49,196 bases of DNA from Spirochaetota bacterium (lineage in GTDB: Bacteria; Spirochaetota; UBA4802; UBA5550). The notes under the pieces are model-generated. The model was not told the DNA's origin. It saw nothing but the letters and a program-made list of their open reading frames with translations, and made no database searches. Shown here piece after piece: positions 45,899 to 49,196 of this stretch; within the stretch, counting starts at the first letter, position 1; each line of letters begins with the position of its first letter. The DNA lies in the NCBI GenBank assembly GCA_050298055.1, contig JBNKTL010000038.1, forward strand, positions 1 to 49,196. The letters are read 5' to 3'. The position numbers and the translations under genes are program-made.

Positions 45899-48800
45899 AT
45901 GGAAGAAGGAATTGCGATAATTGGAATTGGTTGCCGGTATCCGAAAGCTGATAACAGGGAGATGTTCTGGAAGAACATCCTTAACAGGGTGGATGCAATA
46001 ACCGAGGTTCCCAAATCGAAGTGGGATCCTGAGATCTATTATCATCCCGACAGGGAGATGCCCGATAAAACCTATTCCAAAATAGGCGGTTTTGTAAATG
46101 ATATCGATAAAACCGCAATGGCCCTGCAGTTTAAAATACCCCCCAGGATATTTGATTCAATGGACATGGCGCAGACCTATGCAATCGCCGCTACTGGGGA
46201 GGCCCTTGAGGACTCGGGATATGATAAGAAGGACTTCCACAGGGAGAGGACCGCCGTAATCATCGGTAACTCCATGGGCGGTGATATGATCGACTACACC
46301 AACCTGAGGATCTTTTACGGTGACATTGAGGAGTCCCTGAACCGGAGTGATTTCTTTTCCAGCCTTGATGACAATCTTAAAAAAAAGATCCTTGCGGATT
46401 TTGAAAAATCCTTCAAGGGAGAGCTCCCTGAAATTACCGAAGATTCCATGCCGGGGGAGCTTGCAAATGTCATATCGGGGAGGATCGCCAATGTCTTCAA
46501 CCTCAACGGCCCTAATTTCTCCGTTGATGCCGCGTGCGCCTCTTCCATGGCTTCACTTTCCGAATCCATCAAGGGACTCCGGATGAGGGAGTTCGACATG
46601 GTCATTACCGGGGGCACCGACTACATGATGGGGCCCGGCCCCTATGTGAAGTTCTGCAAGATCGGGGCCCTTTCTCCCGACGGAAGCAGGCCCTTCGACG
46701 CGGATGCCAACGGGTTTGTCATGGGCGAGGGAACAGGTATCTACATCCTCAAGCGTGTCAGTGACGCGCGAAGGGACGGTGATAAAATATACGCTGTCAT
46801 AAGGGGCGTGGGCGCTTCAAGTGACGGGAAGGGAAAAGGAATAACCGCCCCGAACCAGAAGGGGCAGATGTTTGCAATAAAAAGAGGGCTTGAGAGCGGG
46901 GGATTCACGCAGGAAAGTGTCCAGTATGTTGAGGCCCACGGCACATCAACAACCGTAGGGGATTATACGGAGCTCCAGAGTCTTTCAAAGGTCTGGGAGA
47001 ACACCGGCATGAAGGCGGGCTCTATAGGGTTGACCTCGGTGAAGTCCATGATCGGCCACCTGAAGGCCGCGTCCGGTTCCGCCTCTATCATAAAAACGGC
47101 ACTTGCCCTCCATAATAAGACCTTCGGGCCCTCAATAAATTATCTCAATCCAAATCCCGGTGTGGATTTCGGCTCCATTCCATTCAGGGTGATTACCGAT
47201 CCGGAGAAGTGGCCGGAAGGAGTTAACGGCAATCCGAGACGCGCGGGAGTGAGCGCATTCGGTTTCGGAGGGACAAACTTCCATGTGGCAATTGAGGAGG
47301 ACGCAGGGTATAACGGTATGCCGGAAGTCCGGAGAATGTATGCTCCCGGTTTTGAGGTAAGGGGAGAACAGGCCCCCCTGCAGGCGCCGGACAGGGAAGA
47401 GATTTATCCCCTTACGGAGAGCATGAGGGAAAAGCTTGAGGGGGAAGCTGTTGTCATCGGGGGCGACTCATGGGCTGAAGTTTCCGCAACCATTGACGGC
47501 ATCAACAGCGCCATGAACGAGGCGGGAGGAAACGGCGGGAGCAGCATCAGGCTTATTGACATAGCGTCAAAACAGAACCCCCTGAGCAACGGCAAAGATT
47601 TCAAGGTGGCTGTGTCCGCGGAGTCCCTGGACGATCTCCGGGAGAAACTGGAGACCGCGAGGAAATCCTTCGGTGAGGAGAAGAAGTGGCAGTTTCTCGG
47701 CAACAAGGGGATCTTCTTCGGGGCTAATCTCAGGGAGAAGGAGGGGAACCTTGGCAGGATGGCGTTCCTCTTTCCCGGACAGGGGACACAGTATATCAAT
47801 ATGCTCCGGGAGCTCTATCACAAGTACCAGGTGGTCAGGGACACCTTTGATGAGGGTGATGAGATCATGATGGATATCCTTGGTGAGAGAATATCCGGCC
47901 TCATCTTCCAGGATGAAAACGCTCCGGACCTGGAAAAAATGGCGGCGGCTGAGAGACTGCGGCAGACAGAGGTGACACAGCCCTCTATCCTCATATGCGA
48001 TACCGCCCTTTACAGGCTGGTTTCCAGCTTCGGCATCAAGCCCCATGTAACCGCCGGTCATTCACTGGGGGAATACGGCGCCCTCATCGCCTCAGGTGTC
48101 ATAGACTTCAAAGACGCTCTTCACGCGGTGGCCGCCCGGGGAAAGGAGATTGCAAGCGTACAGATAGACGATGTGGGGAAGATGGCCAGTATATCCGAGG
48201 ACATCGGGAAGGTCCAGGAGGTCATCGACAAGGTTGACGGTTATGTGATAGCCGCCAACAAGAACTGTCACATGCAGACGGTCATATCGGGCAGCTCGGA
48301 CGCGGTAACACAGGCGGTAGCTAAATTTACCGAAATGGGAATACAGGCCATAGAGATCCCTGTTTCCCACGCTTTTCATTCGGAGATCGTTGCCCCTGCG
48401 TGCGAGGCCTACGGAAGGGTCCTCCGGAAAATTAAAATCAATCCGCCGAAGATCGACATTATCGGCAATATTGATGCCGAATACTATCCCAAAGACAAAA
48501 AGGCCCCGGAGAAGATCGTTGAGAAGCTGGTGGCCCATATCGCCAGTCCCGTTGAGTTTGTGTCCCAGATAGAGAGGATGTACTCTGACGGTGTAAGGAT
48601 GTATATGGAGCTCGGTCCAAAAAGGGCGCTTACTTCCTATGTGCACAACATAAACGAGAACAGGGAGTATTTTGCAACGGCAACCAATCATCCCAAGAAG
48701 GGAGGCATTCCTACATTTAACGAAGCCATGGCGTCGCTTGCGGCATACGGCTACCCTGTAGACTGGAACGGTACTGTTTCAGGCAGGGGAAAAATGGAGA

Positions 48801-49196
48801 GTCCCGCCTGGCGTTTTACGCAAAATTTTCTGGGTAAGGACGTCCCGCCTCTTTATCCCAATGAACCGGTCCTGAACCGGGAACATCTTCCATCCACAGG
48901 TAAGGTTGTCTTTGATGATCTTTCCGCAAATATGCCCGCGGGCTTTGAGGGCGGTACCTCTTCTGAAGGGACGTTTAACAGGTTCCTTGAAAAACAGGAT
49001 ATGCTGATGAAGGATATGCTCACGGTCTATTCCCAGCGGAGCAGGGAACTCCTGCAAGCGGAGCTCCAGGGGGCCCTGTTCCATAAGCGGGCAATGGACC
49101 TCTACAATATCAACTTGGACAAGGTTGTCATATCGGGGGTCTCGCTGGGGCTTCCGGGCCTGGGCGGCTCTGTCTTTTCGGACGACAACTTCGAGA
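45899..49196 (+). CDS. Type I polyketide/fatty-acid synthase, 5' partial (KS-AT-linker-start of a second KS-like domain)
   Basis: AGGAGG RBS, ATG 45899; MEEGIAIIGIGCRYP, DKTYSKIGGF, DAACASS (46526), EAHGTST, KSMIGHLK, FPGQG, GHSLGEY (48056), HAFHS; same frame at the window end (KVVISGVSLGLPG); absent from the ORF track because there is no stop. Confidence 0.93.
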   Translation, partial: MEEGIAIIGIGCRYPKADNREMFWKNILNRVDAITEVPKSKWDPEIYYHPDREMPDKTYSKIGGFVNDIDKTAMALQFKIPPRIFDSMDMAQTYAIAATGEALEDSGYDKKDFHRERTAVIIGNSMGGDMIDYTNLRIFYGDIEESLNRSDFFSSLDDNLKKKILADFEKSFKGELPEITEDSMPGELANVISGRIANVFNLNGPNFSVDAACASSMASLSESIKGLRMREFDMVITGGTDYMMGPGPYVKFCKIGALSPDGSRPFDADANGFVMGEGTGIYILKRVSDARRDGDKIYAVIRGVGASSDGKGKGITAPNQKGQMFAIKRGLESGGFTQESVQYVEAHGTSTTVGDYTELQSLSKVWENTGMKAGSIGLTSVKSMIGHLKAASGSASIIKTALALHNKTFGPSINYLNPNPGVDFGSIPFRVITDPEKWPEGVNGNPRRAGVSAFGFGGTNFHVAIEEDAGYNGMPEVRRMYAPGFEVRGEQAPLQAPDREEIYPLTESMREKLEGEAVVIGGDSWAEVSATIDGINSAMNEAGGNGGSSIRLIDIASKQNPLSNGKDFKVAVSAESLDDLREKLETARKSFGEEKKWQFLGNKGIFFGANLREKEGNLGRMAFLFPGQGTQYINMLRELYHKYQVVRDTFDEGDEIMMDILGERISGLIFQDENAPDLEKMAAAERLRQTEVTQPSILICDTALYRLVSSFGIKPHVTAGHSLGEYGALIASGVIDFKDALHAVAARGKEIASVQIDDVGKMASISEDIGKVQEVIDKVDGYVIAANKNCHMQTVISGSSDAVTQAVAKFTEMGIQAIEIPVSHAFHSEIVAPACEAYGRVLRKIKINPPKIDIIGNIDAEYYPKDKKAPEKIVEKLVAHIASPVEFVSQIERMYSDGVRMYMELGPKRALTSYVHNINENREYFATATNHPKKGGIPTFNEAMASLAAYGYPVDWNGTVSGRGKMESPAWRFTQNFLGKDVPPLYPNEPVLNREHLPSTGKVVFDDLSANMPAGFEGGTSSEGTFNRFLEKQDMLMKDMLTVYSQRSRELLQAELQGALFHKRAMDLYNINLDKVVISGVSLGLPGLGGSVFSDDNFE

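Noticed and set aside
45899..49196. Calling the PKS pfaA (PUFA synthase)
   Set aside because: No tandem ACPs after the AT within the window; architecture differs, so no gene symbol is assigned

Overview
This is a bacterial chromosomal window, probably from an anaerobic, motile member of the Spirochaetota. That assignment is inference from the Leptospira-like dcw gene order lacking ftsI, a DNPR (meso-DAP) MurE, spirochaete-style lipoproteins and MCPs, and O2-sensitive radical dehydratase genes. 0.45-14.4 kb holds the dcw cluster (mraZ-rsmH-ftsL-murE-murF-mraY-murD-ftsW-murG-murC-ftsQ-ftsA-ftsZ), followed by an AmgK-like kinase. 15.5-45.5 kb is a mosaic of signalling, redox and accessory genes: an orphan DUF433 gene, two MCPs (one with a heme-c sensor), a large lipoprotein, a peroxiredoxin, a tandem-cNMP/GH15-like fusion, a Zn-ribbon protein, a 2-hydroxyacyl-CoA dehydratase set, a propeptide-less kexin-like S8 lipoprotease with a putative external chaperone, CheD, a response regulator, hemerythrin, a SagB-type nitroreductase, an RND transporter, a PAS-GGDEF-EAL protein, a polyferredoxin and a TlpA. 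From 45899 to the window end runs the 5' part of a type I PKS/FAS (KS-AT-second KS-like domain) that the ORF track misses. Highlights: the cNMP-cNMP-GH15 fusion, the protease/trans-propeptide pair, a probable AUC start for ftsL, a direct-repeat operator on an ftsZ promoter, a duplicated terminator bracketing the lipoprotein gene, and several dispersed repeat families, including a stack of five different short tandem-repeat blocks at 44.7-44.9 kb. I saw no rRNA, tRNA, CRISPR array or intact transposase/integrase. All calls come from reading motifs by eye; no database searches were run.
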